Assembly: GCA_965221485.1 (NCBI GenBank)
Contig: OZ244893.1
Coordinates: 1,929,129-1,993,128, forward strand
Direction of reading: 5' to 3'
Length of the DNA: 64,000 nucleotides
DNA from: Alphaproteobacteria bacterium
GTDB taxonomy: Bacteria; Pseudomonadota; Alphaproteobacteria; MPNO01; UBA830
Below are positions 30,857-40,895 of this stretch, in pieces (position 1 is the stretch's first letter; each line of letters starts with the position of its first letter). A program made the translations under genes and the position numbers. The notes below the pieces were generated by a model. The model saw nothing but the letters and a program-made list of their open reading frames with translations. It was not told where the DNA came from and did no database searches.

Positions 30857-32119
30857 TCAGGTCAGCCGCCGGTCCGCCCACAGCGGAAGAATTTCAGATA
30901 TTGCGGACGTGATCCGGTCGAGGTCTTGCCGACTGGATATGAAGGGCGGCATGGTATAGATCACGTTACCAAACGGCCGCAGCCAAAGGCCAGCCTCCAC
31001 AAAGGCCGCTTTCAGCAGATCGATGTCGTGAAGCGTTTCAACCTCAATCGCACCGATTGCACCCAGAACGCGAACGTCGACCACACCCGGAACGTCCTGC
31101 AGAGCGGGCAATCTGTTGCGAAGGTGCCGTTCAATGTCAGCAACCTGATCCAGACGCGGCCTGGTCTCGAACAAATCGAGTGAAGCATTGGCAGCGGCGC
31201 AGGCGAGCGGATTCGCCATGTATGTGGGCCCGTGCATCAGGGCCGCATCGGGATCTGAGGACAGAAATGCAGCGAATACATCCTCGCTGGCTACGGTGGC
31301 CGCAAGACCGATCATTCCGCCGGTCAGCGCTTTCCCGAGACAGACGATATCGGGGACCAGATCGGCCTGCTCCATGGCAAACAGGGTTCCAGTGCGGCCA
31401 AAACCGGTTGCGATTTCGTCGAGAATCAGGAGAAGACCTGAGGCTCGCACCGCCTCGGACACCGAGGCGAGGACCTCCGGCGAATACATCCGCATTCCCC
31501 CTGCACACTGGACCAGTGGCTCGATAATTACGGCAGCAATTCGGTCGCGATGGCTTTCAAGGAGACGTTGCAGTGCGCCCCGCCGGTTCTCGTCAACTGG
31601 CAGATCCGCCACCAGTTGTTGCGGCATGTAACCCCGGAACAATGCGTGCATCCCCTCTTCGGGATCAGTGACGGACATGGCTCCGAGCGTATCCCCGTGA
31701 TACCCACCACGCATACTGACAAACAGCTTCCGATCCGGCTCTCCTTGATTGATCCAGAATTGCACCGCCATTTTCATGGCGACTTCGATCGCAACGGAAC
31801 CCGAATCGGAGAGGAAAGTGTGGTTCAGCGTTCCTGGAAGCAGTGCAGCAAGACGCTGTGCAAGATGTTCGGCGGGATGATGGACAAGACCGCCGAACAT
31901 GACATGGGGCATCTCGTGCAGCTGGGCCTTGATCGCAGCTGCAATATGCGGATGGTTGTGACCATGGCAGACCGTCCACCATGACGACACAGCGTCGATA
32001 AGGCGCCGCCCATCCTCAAGTTCAATGTGGCAGCCGGACGCCCGCACAGCCCTTGGCGGCTCGGGTGCACCGAGCATCTGGGTGTAGGGCAGCCAGAGAT
32101 GGGGGGTCGGGATCGGCAT
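30857..32119 (-). CDS. bioA: Adenosylmethionine-8-amino-7-oxononanoate aminotransferase
   Basis: HLWLPYTQM, SSWW, SGSVAIEVAMK, DEIATGFGRTG, GKALTGG and HGPTYMANP. ATG 32119 preferred over TTG 32131. Confidence 0.96.
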   Translation of the reverse strand: MPIPTPHLWLPYTQMLGAPEPPRAVRASGCHIELEDGRRLIDAVSSWWTVCHGHNHPHIAAAIKAQLHEMPHVMFGGLVHHPAEHLAQRLAALLPGTLNHTFLSDSGSVAIEVAMKMAVQFWINQGEPDRKLFVSMRGGYHGDTLGAMSVTDPEEGMHALFRGYMPQQLVADLPVDENRRGALQRLLESHRDRIAAVIIEPLVQCAGGMRMYSPEVLASVSEAVRASGLLLILDEIATGFGRTGTLFAMEQADLVPDIVCLGKALTGGMIGLAATVASEDVFAAFLSSDPDAALMHGPTYMANPLACAAANASLDLFETRPRLDQVADIERHLRNRLPALQDVPGVVDVRVLGAIGAIEVETLHDIDLLKAAFVEAGLWLRPFGNVIYTMPPFISSRQDLDRITSAISEILPLWADRRLT

Positions 32120-32127
32120 GCACTGCC

Positions 32128-33117
32128 TCAACCCGAGGCGCGTAATCCGACGGTTCCCGGTTTGATGCCCAACCGTTCAAACAGACTGTGGTCTTCGCTG
32201 CTGTCCGGGTTGGGGGTCGTCAGCAGCCGATCACCGTAAAACAGGGAGTTCGCACCCGCCAGAAAGCACAAGGCCTGGGCGGCGCTGTCCATTTCGAGGC
32301 GGCCCGCGGAGAGACGAACGACCGAACGTGGCATCACGATACGGGCTGTTGCTATGGTGCGAACAAATTCAAGCAGGTCCAGCGGCGGCCGGTCGCCCAG
32401 AGGTGTGCCCGCAACCGGGACCAGAAGATTGAGAGGAACACTCTCGGGATGCGGTTCGAGGCTGGCGAGTGTTGTCAGCATCGCCGCCCGGTCGGCGCGG
32501 GTCTCCCCCATTCCAAGGATTCCGCCGCAACAGACATTGATACCGGCGTGACGGACCCGTTCAAGAGTCTCCAGCCGATCCCGGAAACTGTGGGTCGAGA
32601 CGATGTCTGGATAATGGCGTTCCGAAGTATCGATGTTGTGGTTGTAGTAATCGAGCCCGGCATTCTTGAGTTGCTCCGCCTGACCCTGCTCAAGGCTGCC
32701 CAGGGTCGCGCAGGTCTCCATACCGAGGGATCGAACTTCGCGAATCATTTCGCAAACGGTCTCAAGATCCCGTTCCCGGGGACCGCGCCATGCAGCACCC
32801 ATACAGAAGCGAGTGGCACCATCATCGCGTGCCCTGAGCGCAGCCGCCCTCACGGCTTGTTTCGACATGAGTTTTTCGGGTTGGATACCTGTCTGATGAT
32901 GAAGGCTCTGGGAACAGTAGCCACAGTCTTCCGGGCAGCCGCCTGTCTTGATACTCAGCAGGGTGGAAACCTGCACCCGATTGGGATCGAAATGCTGCCG
33001 GTGCACGGTCTGGGCAACATAAAGCAGGTCGTTGAACGGCTCTGACATCAGGCTGAGAACCTCGTCTTCAGCCCAATCGTGGCGCAATGGGTCCGGTTCG
33101 GTGGCATACTTAGTCAT
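32128..33117 (-). CDS. bioB: Biotin synthase (radical SAM)
   Basis: [28 protein letters not shown] and RLSAGR. ATG 33117. Confidence 0.97.
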   Translation of the reverse strand: MTKYATEPDPLRHDWAEDEVLSLMSEPFNDLLYVAQTVHRQHFDPNRVQVSTLLSIKTGGCPEDCGYCSQSLHHQTGIQPEKLMSKQAVRAAALRARDDGATRFCMGAAWRGPRERDLETVCEMIREVRSLGMETCATLGSLEQGQAEQLKNAGLDYYNHNIDTSERHYPDIVSTHSFRDRLETLERVRHAGINVCCGGILGMGETRADRAAMLTTLASLEPHPESVPLNLLVPVAGTPLGDRPPLDLLEFVRTIATARIVMPRSVVRLSAGRLEMDSAAQALCFLAGANSLFYGDRLLTTPNPDSSEDHSLFERLGIKPGTVGLRASG

Positions 33118-33193
33118 ATTTTGTATGCTAGCATGGTTTCGTGGACATCGGGACAGCCTGGACGGCCTTGAAACCGCCTGACGAAGAACAGGA

Positions 33194-34399
33194 ATGACAG
33201 CGCAATCGCTCGACCGGTTTGCGCTTGCAAAGCTTGATGATCTTGCGAGTCGCGGACTCAAACGCACTCTGGGCTCGACACGGCGCACGGACGCCGTCCG
33301 GGTTATCCGTGACGGAAAATCCCTGATTTCATTCTGCTGCAATGACTATCTCGGGCTGACGGGTGATGCGCGAATCCGGGACGCCGTCATCGATGCCGTA
33401 TGCAGCTTCGGATCAGGTGCCGGCGCCTCTCGCCTGGTGACTGGCAACCACCCTCTTTACGGCCAACTTGAACGCAGGCTCGCTTCCATGAAGGAAACGC
33501 AGTCTGCATGTATATTCGGCAGCGGATACCTGGCCAATACCGGCCTGATTCCGGCGCTTGCCGGCCCCGAAGACCTGATCCTGATCGATAAGCTCGGCCA
33601 TGCCTCCATGCATATGGGTGCCCGGGCTGGCCGTGGCCCCATCCGGCTCTTTCGGCATAATGACGTCGCGCATTGCGAAGAGATTCTCGAAACCGAACGG
33701 TCCCGTTATCGCCACTGTCTGATTCTGACGGAGGGTGTTTTCAGCATGGACGGAGACAGGGCGCCCCTGGATCTGCTTGCCGACGTCTCTGCCCGTCACA
33801 ACGCCTGGCTTCTGGTCGACGATGCACATGGCTTTGGTGTCCTTGGCGGTGGCCGCGGCAGCATCTTTACCTATGATCCGCGACCGGACATTCCGCTCCA
33901 GATCGGTACACTCTCCAAGGCTGTTGGATCATATGGAGCGTTTCTGTGCGCGAGCCAGCCGGTCATATCCCTGATCGAAAACCGGGCCCGCAGTATGGTC
34001 TACACAACCGGACTGCCACCTGCCGTTATTGCTGCAGGCATAGCAGCCATCGATATCATTCTGTCAGAACCCGAACGCGTTGCGGCCCCTATGCGTCTGG
34101 CCAGTTACTTCTGCAGCCTCATCGGCCTGCCCAAGCCGGAAAGCCCTATCGTGCCGCTGGTTATGGGTGACGTAAAACATGTGATGAATGCCGCAGCTAC
34201 GCTCGAACGAGCAGGTTTTCTGGTCTCGCCAATACGCCCGCCCACAGTCCCCGAAGGGACGTCACGGCTGCGCTTCACGTTCTCCGCAGCCCACGACGAG
34301 GCAACTGTCGAACGACTCGCCGAAGCCGTCAGTGCTTTACCGGACAGGCACCTGGATATCGGAAGTGCCAAAGAGTCCACAAGGCCTTGCCTTTTGTGA
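33194..34399 (+). CDS. bioF: 8-amino-7-oxononanoate synthase
   Basis: [35 protein letters not shown] and IRPPTVP. Confidence 0.95.
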   Translation: MTAQSLDRFALAKLDDLASRGLKRTLGSTRRTDAVRVIRDGKSLISFCCNDYLGLTGDARIRDAVIDAVCSFGSGAGASRLVTGNHPLYGQLERRLASMKETQSACIFGSGYLANTGLIPALAGPEDLILIDKLGHASMHMGARAGRGPIRLFRHNDVAHCEEILETERSRYRHCLILTEGVFSMDGDRAPLDLLADVSARHNAWLLVDDAHGFGVLGGGRGSIFTYDPRPDIPLQIGTLSKAVGSYGAFLCASQPVISLIENRARSMVYTTGLPPAVIAAGIAAIDIILSEPERVAAPMRLASYFCSLIGLPKPESPIVPLVMGDVKHVMNAAATLERAGFLVSPIRPPTVPEGTSRLRFTFSAAHDEATVERLAEAVSALPDRHLDIGSAKESTRPCLL

Positions 34400-34454
34400 A
34401 CCATCACATCACTCAGGAACGCCTGTCTCCTGCGCGCCCGGTGGGCGGCCTCGA

Positions 34455-34483
34455 TTGATTAACGCCGATAGCGCAAGTACCAT
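34455..34483 (+). promoter_or_regulatory. Putative sigma70 promoter for the Rieske oxygenase gene
   Basis: TTGATT (34455-34460), 17 nt, TACCAT (34478-34483), about 40 nt before ATG 34523. Confidence 0.4.
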
Positions 34484-34522
34484 CGCGTCAACATGGCCGA
34501 TAATGTTTGGAAAACCTGATCC

Positions 34523-35584
34523 ATGTCTGACAGCCCGGTTCAACCCATGATCCCCGATGCCTGGTATATCGCTGCCTGGACTAACGAGGTGGGGACCAAG
34601 CCGCTGGCCCGGCAGATTCTGGGGCAGGACGTGGTCCTTTTCCGGGATGGTTCAGGCCGGATCGCGGCCCTTGAAGATCGATGTTGTCACAGGGCTGCGC
34701 CCCTGAGACTGGGCCATGTCATCCCCGAGGGTATCCAGTGCGGCTACCACGGAATGGTCTTTGATCGAAATGGGGCTTGTGTCGGAAATCCGGGTGAGGA
34801 AGAAGACAGGGCCCATTACCATGTCCGCTCCTTTCCCGTGATCGAGCGCCAGCATTTCGTCTGGGCATGGATGGGCGACCCGAAGCGCGCAGATCCCGGC
34901 AAGATCATCGATTTTCCCTATCATGACGAGGAGGAAGAATGGCCGTTCCGTTACGGCTGTTATCACTATGAAGCCAATTTCATGCTGGTCATGGACAACC
35001 TGATGGATCTGACCCATCTGGCTTACGTTCACGGCTCCACTATTGGCGGATATCCCAGATCGCATGCTGAAGCAGTCCTCGAAACCGAGGCTACTGAAAC
35101 CGGCGTCAGGTATTTGAGGTGGATGATGAATTCACCTCCACCACCATCCTTTCTGCGGGTTGCAGGATTTCAGGGTAATGTGGACCGCTGGTCCGACTTC
35201 GAATATGTCGCTCCTGCATCAGTATTGCAGTGGGGCGGCGCTCTTGATGTTGGCCGCGGGGCCCGCGAAAACCGCGATCAGGATGGCGGTGTTTCCCTGC
35301 GCCTGTTCCATCACGCGACCCCCGAAACCGAAACCAGCTGTCACTACTTCTGGTCGGTTGCCAATCAGCGCTTCTCCGACAAAACGCCCGAGGGAAAGGC
35401 GTTCCATGAAGATATCGCCAACGCCTTCCTCGAAGACAAGGCAGTGATCGAAGCCCAGCAAGTGGCGATTCTGCGGGACCCCGAACGCAGTCTTCATTAT
35501 CGTCGTCAGGATCAGGCCGTAGCCATGGCGCGACGCGCCGTGCAACGCATCCAGAGGGAAGCACTGGTGCAGGCCGCCGAGTAA
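34523..35584 (+). CDS. Rieske non-heme iron oxygenase alpha subunit (VanA/TsaM-like, alpha3 type)
   Basis: DRCCHR...CGYHG Rieske motif, DNLMDLTHLAYVH iron site and FLEDK. Confidence 0.92.
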   Translation: MSDSPVQPMIPDAWYIAAWTNEVGTKPLARQILGQDVVLFRDGSGRIAALEDRCCHRAAPLRLGHVIPEGIQCGYHGMVFDRNGACVGNPGEEEDRAHYHVRSFPVIERQHFVWAWMGDPKRADPGKIIDFPYHDEEEEWPFRYGCYHYEANFMLVMDNLMDLTHLAYVHGSTIGGYPRSHAEAVLETEATETGVRYLRWMMNSPPPPSFLRVAGFQGNVDRWSDFEYVAPASVLQWGGALDVGRGARENRDQDGGVSLRLFHHATPETETSCHYFWSVANQRFSDKTPEGKAFHEDIANAFLEDKAVIEAQQVAILRDPERSLHYRRQDQAVAMARRAVQRIQREALVQAAE

Positions 35585-35743
35585 CCGCAGCGTCAGGAGA
35601 CTCCGGCTGCGGCGCCAATATCAACACCCGTAGCGCTTGCGGAATCGGCAGGGCTATGCATCAGGTATATGATGGAGGTTCCCTGTTCAGGATGGGAGGC
35701 CCATTGGCGGCCCGCGTCCCTTTGCACTGTTATGGAGGGTCTT

Positions 35744-36625
35744 ATGGCAAGCAACCTGTTCGATCGAAGCCTCGAGGACATCGGTAACGTTGTTTCGCTG
35801 GAACATGTGAATGTCCAGATTCCGGACCAGAGGCTGTCGACGCTGTTTTATATCAGTGGTCTCGGACTGACACGCGACCCCTATCTCGTCACCGGAGTCA
35901 CCAACATGTGGGTGAATGTCGGTCGCAGCCAGTTTCATCTCCCGACGGGCGACCCTCTTGTTGTGAGGGGCCGGATCGGTCTTGTCCTTCCCGACCGGAA
36001 GGGTCTTCTGGACAGGCTCTCACATGTCAGCGAACCACTCCAGGACACCGCGTTTTGTTTTACGCCCGCCAATGATCACGTTGATGTGACATGCCCCTGG
36101 GGCAATCGATTCCGTTGTCACGAACCCCAGGAACAGTTTGGTCGTGTGTCCCTCGGCATTGCCTATATCGCCTTTGACGTGCCTGCCGGTACCGTCGACG
36201 GCATTGCACGGTTTTACCGGGAGATTCTGTTTGCTCCTTCATGGAAGGAGGAGTTTGACAATGCTGCAGCGGCCCGCGTGCAGGTAGGCTATCGCCAGCA
36301 ACTGATTTTTCGCGAAACGGCCGACCCTGTTCCGGATTTCGATGGCCACCATATCCAGATCTATGTTTCTGATTTTTCAGGACCCTACAAAAAGCTTGAG
36401 ACACGGGGCCTGATCTCGGAGGAGTCCAACGCATACCAGTACCGGTTCGAAACGATTTTTGATCCTGACAGTGGCGATGCTCTTTACCAACTTGATCATG
36501 AGATCCGCTCGCTGACCCATCCCCTTTATGCCCGACCCCTGGTCAACCGCAACCCGGACCAGACCAACGTGGATTTCAGTCCCGGTTATCACGAGCGTTC
36601 CTGGGCTGTCAGTGCCCCGGTCTGA
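35744..36625 (+). CDS. VOC/glyoxalase-superfamily protein (two-module)
   Basis: LEHVN...FY...LGL, FHLP and later GHHIQIYV. GGAGGG RBS precedes ATG 35744. Confidence 0.7.
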   Translation: MASNLFDRSLEDIGNVVSLEHVNVQIPDQRLSTLFYISGLGLTRDPYLVTGVTNMWVNVGRSQFHLPTGDPLVVRGRIGLVLPDRKGLLDRLSHVSEPLQDTAFCFTPANDHVDVTCPWGNRFRCHEPQEQFGRVSLGIAYIAFDVPAGTVDGIARFYREILFAPSWKEEFDNAAAARVQVGYRQQLIFRETADPVPDFDGHHIQIYVSDFSGPYKKLETRGLISEESNAYQYRFETIFDPDSGDALYQLDHEIRSLTHPLYARPLVNRNPDQTNVDFSPGYHERSWAVSAPV

Positions 36626-36741
36626 TCCGGGGCCACTCTGCCGAAACAGCGAACCGCGGGATGAATCCGACCTGTCCCTGTTGTATTGTCGAGTGACGGT
36701 CTCCGTGGGTCCCGGGCTGATATGCTGATCACGGTATCAAC

Positions 36742-38010
36742 ATGACCCGTCGGGATGATGCCGGAGGAGGGGCCACGACAACGCGGAACTTTTGGCGACT
36801 TCCGGTCTATGTCCTGTTTGTAGCCACCACGCTGCTCGTCATCGCCAACGGAACCCGCCAGAACTTCGGCCTGTTCCTTCTCCCGCTCAGTGCCGATCTT
36901 GGCTGGGGGCGCAGCGAGTTTTCGCTTGCCATCGCCGTACAGAACCTGGTCATGGGAGCGGCCGCACCTTTCGTCGCCGCACTGGGGGATCGTACAGGAC
37001 CCATTCGGGTCATAGCGCTGTCAGCCGCCTGCTACGCCGTCGGTGTCTTGCTGATTTCGCTGTCTACGACACCCGAGACCATGATCCTGTCGGCCGGATT
37101 TCTGGTTGGTCTCGGCTTGTCGGGCGTCGGTTTTACCCTGCCTCTCGGACTGGTAGGACGGGTTTCTTCAGACCGCAACCGCAGTCTGTGGCTTGGCATT
37201 GTTACCGCCGGTGGCTCTGCAGGGCAATTCGCCTTTGCACCGATCAGCGCCGGGCTTATCAGCGGAGTGGGGTGGTCGAACGGCATCGTGGTTCTGTCGT
37301 TGATCATTGCGATTTGTGTTCCCCTGTCCCTGTCGATGCGGGCCGGCAGTGCTGCCACCCTCTCGAAACCGGACAACCAGAGCCTGAGGGCTGCCCTTCA
37401 AGAGGCGAGCCGTCATCGTGGGTACTGGTTACTTGTTATCGGTTTCTATGTTTGCGGTTTCCACATCCAGTTCGTCGGTACTCATCTGCCCGGATTTATT
37501 GAAGATTCGGGGGCAAGTCCGTGGCTGGCTGCCTGGGCTATCGGCGCGATCGGCCTCTTCAATATTTTTGGAACGATCGCTTCGGGCTGGATGGGAAGTC
37601 GCTGGCGCAAGAAGTCTCTTCTGGGTCTTCTCTATCTCGCCCGGGGTGTTTTGTTTCTCGTCTTCATCATGCTTCCGGTCAACGAAGTGACGGTTCTGGG
37701 CTTTGCTTCCATTTTTGGCCTTCTCTGGCTGTCTACGGTTCCGTTGACCATGGGTCTCATCGCCCAGATGTTCGGTCCTCGCTATATGACGACCCTGTTT
37801 GCGATCGTGCTTTTCAGTCACCAGCTCGGCAGTTTCTCGGGAATATATCTGGGAGGGCTGTCTTACGACATTTACGGGACCTATGAAGTGGCATGGTGGC
37901 TGTGCATCCTGCTCGGCGGCGTTGCGGCCCTGATTCACTGGAGCATCGACGATACCCCGGTCGCGCGTTGGATGAGCGAACAGGATGCGCTCCGGGGCGC
38001 TGAGACCTGA
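36742..38010 (+). CDS. MFS transporter
   Basis: About 12 TM segments, GTRQNFGLF, LWLSTVPLT and SHQLGSF. Confidence 0.9.
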   Translation: MTRRDDAGGGATTTRNFWRLPVYVLFVATTLLVIANGTRQNFGLFLLPLSADLGWGRSEFSLAIAVQNLVMGAAAPFVAALGDRTGPIRVIALSAACYAVGVLLISLSTTPETMILSAGFLVGLGLSGVGFTLPLGLVGRVSSDRNRSLWLGIVTAGGSAGQFAFAPISAGLISGVGWSNGIVVLSLIIAICVPLSLSMRAGSAATLSKPDNQSLRAALQEASRHRGYWLLVIGFYVCGFHIQFVGTHLPGFIEDSGASPWLAAWAIGAIGLFNIFGTIASGWMGSRWRKKSLLGLLYLARGVLFLVFIMLPVNEVTVLGFASIFGLLWLSTVPLTMGLIAQMFGPRYMTTLFAIVLFSHQLGSFSGIYLGGLSYDIYGTYEVAWWLCILLGGVAALIHWSIDDTPVARWMSEQDALRGAET

Positions 38011-38548
38011 TGATGGAGATCTGTGCCAAAGATCCGCAGCCTGCAACCGCCCGATCTGCATGTCCGCCAGGGCACCAGGCAGAATCTTCGCTTCCTGGTC
38101 CGGCATCGGTCGTGCAGGCATGTTTCGCCCAGGCGCCGGCTTCGTTCGAAGGGGGTTTGTGCCTCCAGGCCTGCTTCCTGCCAAAGGCAAGATCCGAAAG
38201 AACTTCTGTGCGGCAGCATCCATGTCTCGATCAAGGCCCGGTAACGGCTTCCGACGGATTTTTTTCAACTCTGTTCAGACTCTGCTCCCGGACTTGTCCA
38301 CAACCCTGTCCCAAAGAGTCAGAGCCGCCCCGTTTTGTGGCACCGCTCTAACCTTGCCTCAACCGTCTGCAGACCCTGATCATGACTCCATTCCCACGAC
38401 CTCCTCTTCGATCCCGTCAGGAGGCACGGCGCCCGGGTTTCCGTTCTCGTCAAGATCCTGCCTTCAGGTATAGTCGCCCGGACCGCAAACAGCGAAATGA
38501 AGATCCGGTTCCGGTGGCCGGCCTTCGCCCCTTTCGGTACGGGAAGAG

Positions 38549-38583
38549 TTATCCACACAAATGTGGATGAAAGCTGTGAATAA
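38549..38583. promoter_or_regulatory. Cluster of three DnaA boxes (plus a fourth at 38294-38302)
   Basis: TTATCCACA (+, 38549-57), TGTGGATGA (=TCATCCACA, -, 38562-70) and TGTGAATAA (=TTATTCACA, -, 38575-83), each 4 bp apart. TTGTCCACA at 38294-302. Confidence 0.7.
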
Positions 38584-38987
38584 ATTCCGACGGTTTTCGA
38601 CAAGGGAGGACCATCCGGTGCGGTACTTCACTTCGGAGTTTGATCCGGGGGTGGATTGCCTTCGTGAAGCAGGATCGAAATGCCGCGATCAGGCCTTTTC
38701 ACGCCAACGTCGCCCGTGAGGCGATCAGATCAGATGGTCGGTGATCCGGACCGCCCCTCCCGGAGACCGGACAGATCCTGGGGGACTTCGAGCAGGCCTC
38801 CACCTCCTGGAAATGCAAACTGCCAAGCGTTGGTGTGACCGGAGTCCGCGCGGATTAGCGAGCAAACAGCCACACTCACAGAAGCCTCCCCTGGAACCGC
38901 GTTTGCCATCAAGGCAGCGCCACATTAGGGTTGTCGGCGCAGAGATTCGTTGGAAAAGCGGATCTGATCACAATTTTGGAGCGTTTG

Positions 38988-39986
38988 ATGCTGAAATCAA
39001 TCCAAGTCAGCGGTGTGGCAACAGCCGTCGCATTGACACTCGGTGTTGCCGGGACAGCCGGGGCGGCTTGTGGCAAGGTCACCATTGCCGAAATGAACTG
39101 GGCCTCGGCCGGTGTTGCCGCCCACGTGCAGCATATGATCCTTGCCAAGGGTTATGGATGCCAGTCCGAACTGGTACCCGGCGACACGGTCCCGACAGTC
39201 ACCTCCATGACGGAAAAGACAGAGCCCGACATCGCACCTGAAATCTGGCTCAATTCCGCACGCGAGCCGATCGAGAAGGCCGTCGCAGAAGGTCGCTTGC
39301 AGATCGTTTCCGAAATTCTCTCGGACGGTGGAGAGGAAGGCTGGTGGGTACCATCCTATCTTGTGGAAAAAAACCCGGAACTGAACACCCTGTCGGCCGT
39401 TCTGAAACGCCCCGACCTGTTTCCGGACAAGGAAGAACCCGGCAAGGGCCGGTTCTATACGTGCCCTCCTGGCTGGGCCTGCCAGATCGTGAACAGCAAT
39501 CTGTTCAAGGCCTATGGTGTAGACAAGGCCGGTTTCACCCTGTTCAACCCTGGCTCAGGCGAGGGCCTCGCGGGGGCCATTGCGAAAGCCTATGAGCGGC
39601 AGGAGCCCATTTTCGCCTATTATTGGGCGCCAACGGCGCTTCTCGGAAAATACCCGATGGTAAAGCTCGGCGGTATGGAGCACGACCCCAAGTCATGGTC
39701 CTGCATGGTACAAAAGGACTGCGCCAAACCCGAACCCAACATGTATCCCAAGAGCGTCGTGTATACCGTCATTACATCGAAATTTGCACAAGCGTCACCG
39801 GAAGCCACCGAGTTTCTGAAAAAGTTCTCTTGGTCGAACAAGGTTCTCCAGACGTTGCTGGCATGGAAGGACGACAAGCAGGCCACCTCGGAGGAGACGG
39901 CTGAACATTTCCTGAAAAACAATCCGGACATCTGGAAAGCATGGGTTCCTGCAGACGTGGCTGCCAAAATCCAAAACCAGATCTGA
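38988..39986 (+). CDS. Quaternary amine/amino acid ABC transporter substrate-binding protein (ProX/HisX-like)
   Basis: Signal peptide from ATG 38988. CGKVTIAEMNWAS, EGWWVP, CPPGWAC and YYWAPT. Confidence 0.88.
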   Translation: MLKSIQVSGVATAVALTLGVAGTAGAACGKVTIAEMNWASAGVAAHVQHMILAKGYGCQSELVPGDTVPTVTSMTEKTEPDIAPEIWLNSAREPIEKAVAEGRLQIVSEILSDGGEEGWWVPSYLVEKNPELNTLSAVLKRPDLFPDKEEPGKGRFYTCPPGWACQIVNSNLFKAYGVDKAGFTLFNPGSGEGLAGAIAKAYERQEPIFAYYWAPTALLGKYPMVKLGGMEHDPKSWSCMVQKDCAKPEPNMYPKSVVYTVITSKFAQASPEATEFLKKFSWSNKVLQTLLAWKDDKQATSEETAEHFLKNNPDIWKAWVPADVAAKIQNQI

Positions 39987-40018
39987 ATCTGTAACATCCG
40001 CCGGCCGGACCAGAAATA

Positions 40019-40894
40019 ATGGAAAAGTGGTTTCGGGAATTTCCGACTCTCGACATCGATTCACTTCGCTCACTCAAGAAATCGATAGACTCAGGATATC
40101 GGGAATTTTCGAGGAACTATGGTGACTCGATTGAGGCCCTGTTCGATCCCCTGCTCTATTTTCTGGTCTGGTTCGAGCGGTTGCTGATCAACTCACCATG
40201 GTGGCTTATCATTGTCGTGATTGGTGGGCTGAGCTGGTTTGCGAGCCGTAATTGGCGGCTGACCGCGCTCGTTACCGTCGCATTCCTCGTCATCGGTTAC
40301 TTCGGGATGTGGAACGACACGATGCGCACTCTGGCCATCATTCTCGTCTCCACGCTTATCGCGATAGCAATTGGAATCCCGCTCGGCATTCTCATGTCCC
40401 GATCGGACCGGGTGCAGGCGATCATGACCCCGATTCTCGACGTCATGCAGACAATGCCGATTTTTGTCTATCTCATTCCGGTCGTAATGCTGTTCGGCCT
40501 GGGCAAAATTCCAGGGCTGATTGCTGTTGTTGTTTATGCCGTGCCACCTGTCATCCGCCTTACCAACCTCGGAATTCGTCTTGTAGACAAGCAGATTCTT
40601 GAAGCTGCCGACGCATTTGGAGCGAGCTTCTTTCCAAAACTGATCGGAGTCCAGCTGCCCCTTGCACTTCCCAACATCATGGCAGGAGTCAATCAGACCA
40701 TAATGATGGCACTTTCCATGGTTGTGATTGCGTCCATGATCGGGGTCAAGGGTCTGGGTCAACCCGTGCTGCAGGCCGTGACCAACCAGTACTTTGCGCA
40801 GGGGCTGTTCAATGGCGCCGCCATCGTCGCGCTGGCGGTCATCTTCGACAGGATTACCCAAAGCTATGGCAGACGCAGAGAAGTCGAACACTAG
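40019..40894 (+). CDS. Quaternary amine ABC transporter permease (ProW-like)
   Basis: PILDVMQTMPIFVYLIP and VQLPLALPNIMAGVNQTIMMALSMVVIASMIG. Confidence 0.93.
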   Translation: MEKWFREFPTLDIDSLRSLKKSIDSGYREFSRNYGDSIEALFDPLLYFLVWFERLLINSPWWLIIVVIGGLSWFASRNWRLTALVTVAFLVIGYFGMWNDTMRTLAIILVSTLIAIAIGIPLGILMSRSDRVQAIMTPILDVMQTMPIFVYLIPVVMLFGLGKIPGLIAVVVYAVPPVIRLTNLGIRLVDKQILEAADAFGASFFPKLIGVQLPLALPNIMAGVNQTIMMALSMVVIASMIGVKGLGQPVLQAVTNQYFAQGLFNGAAIVALAVIFDRITQSYGRRREVEH

Positions 40895-40895
40895 G

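Noticed and set aside
38604-38761. Long-range pairing GGGAGG/CCTCCC suggesting a 6S-like RNA of ~158 nt
   Set aside because: Internal pairing does not form a convincing rod, and the usual zapA/ygfA context is absent.
38011-38987. High GATC density as a Dam/oriC signature
   Set aside because: GATC is abundant throughout this window, and Alphaproteobacteria use CcrM (GANTC). Enrichment is not demonstrable by eye.
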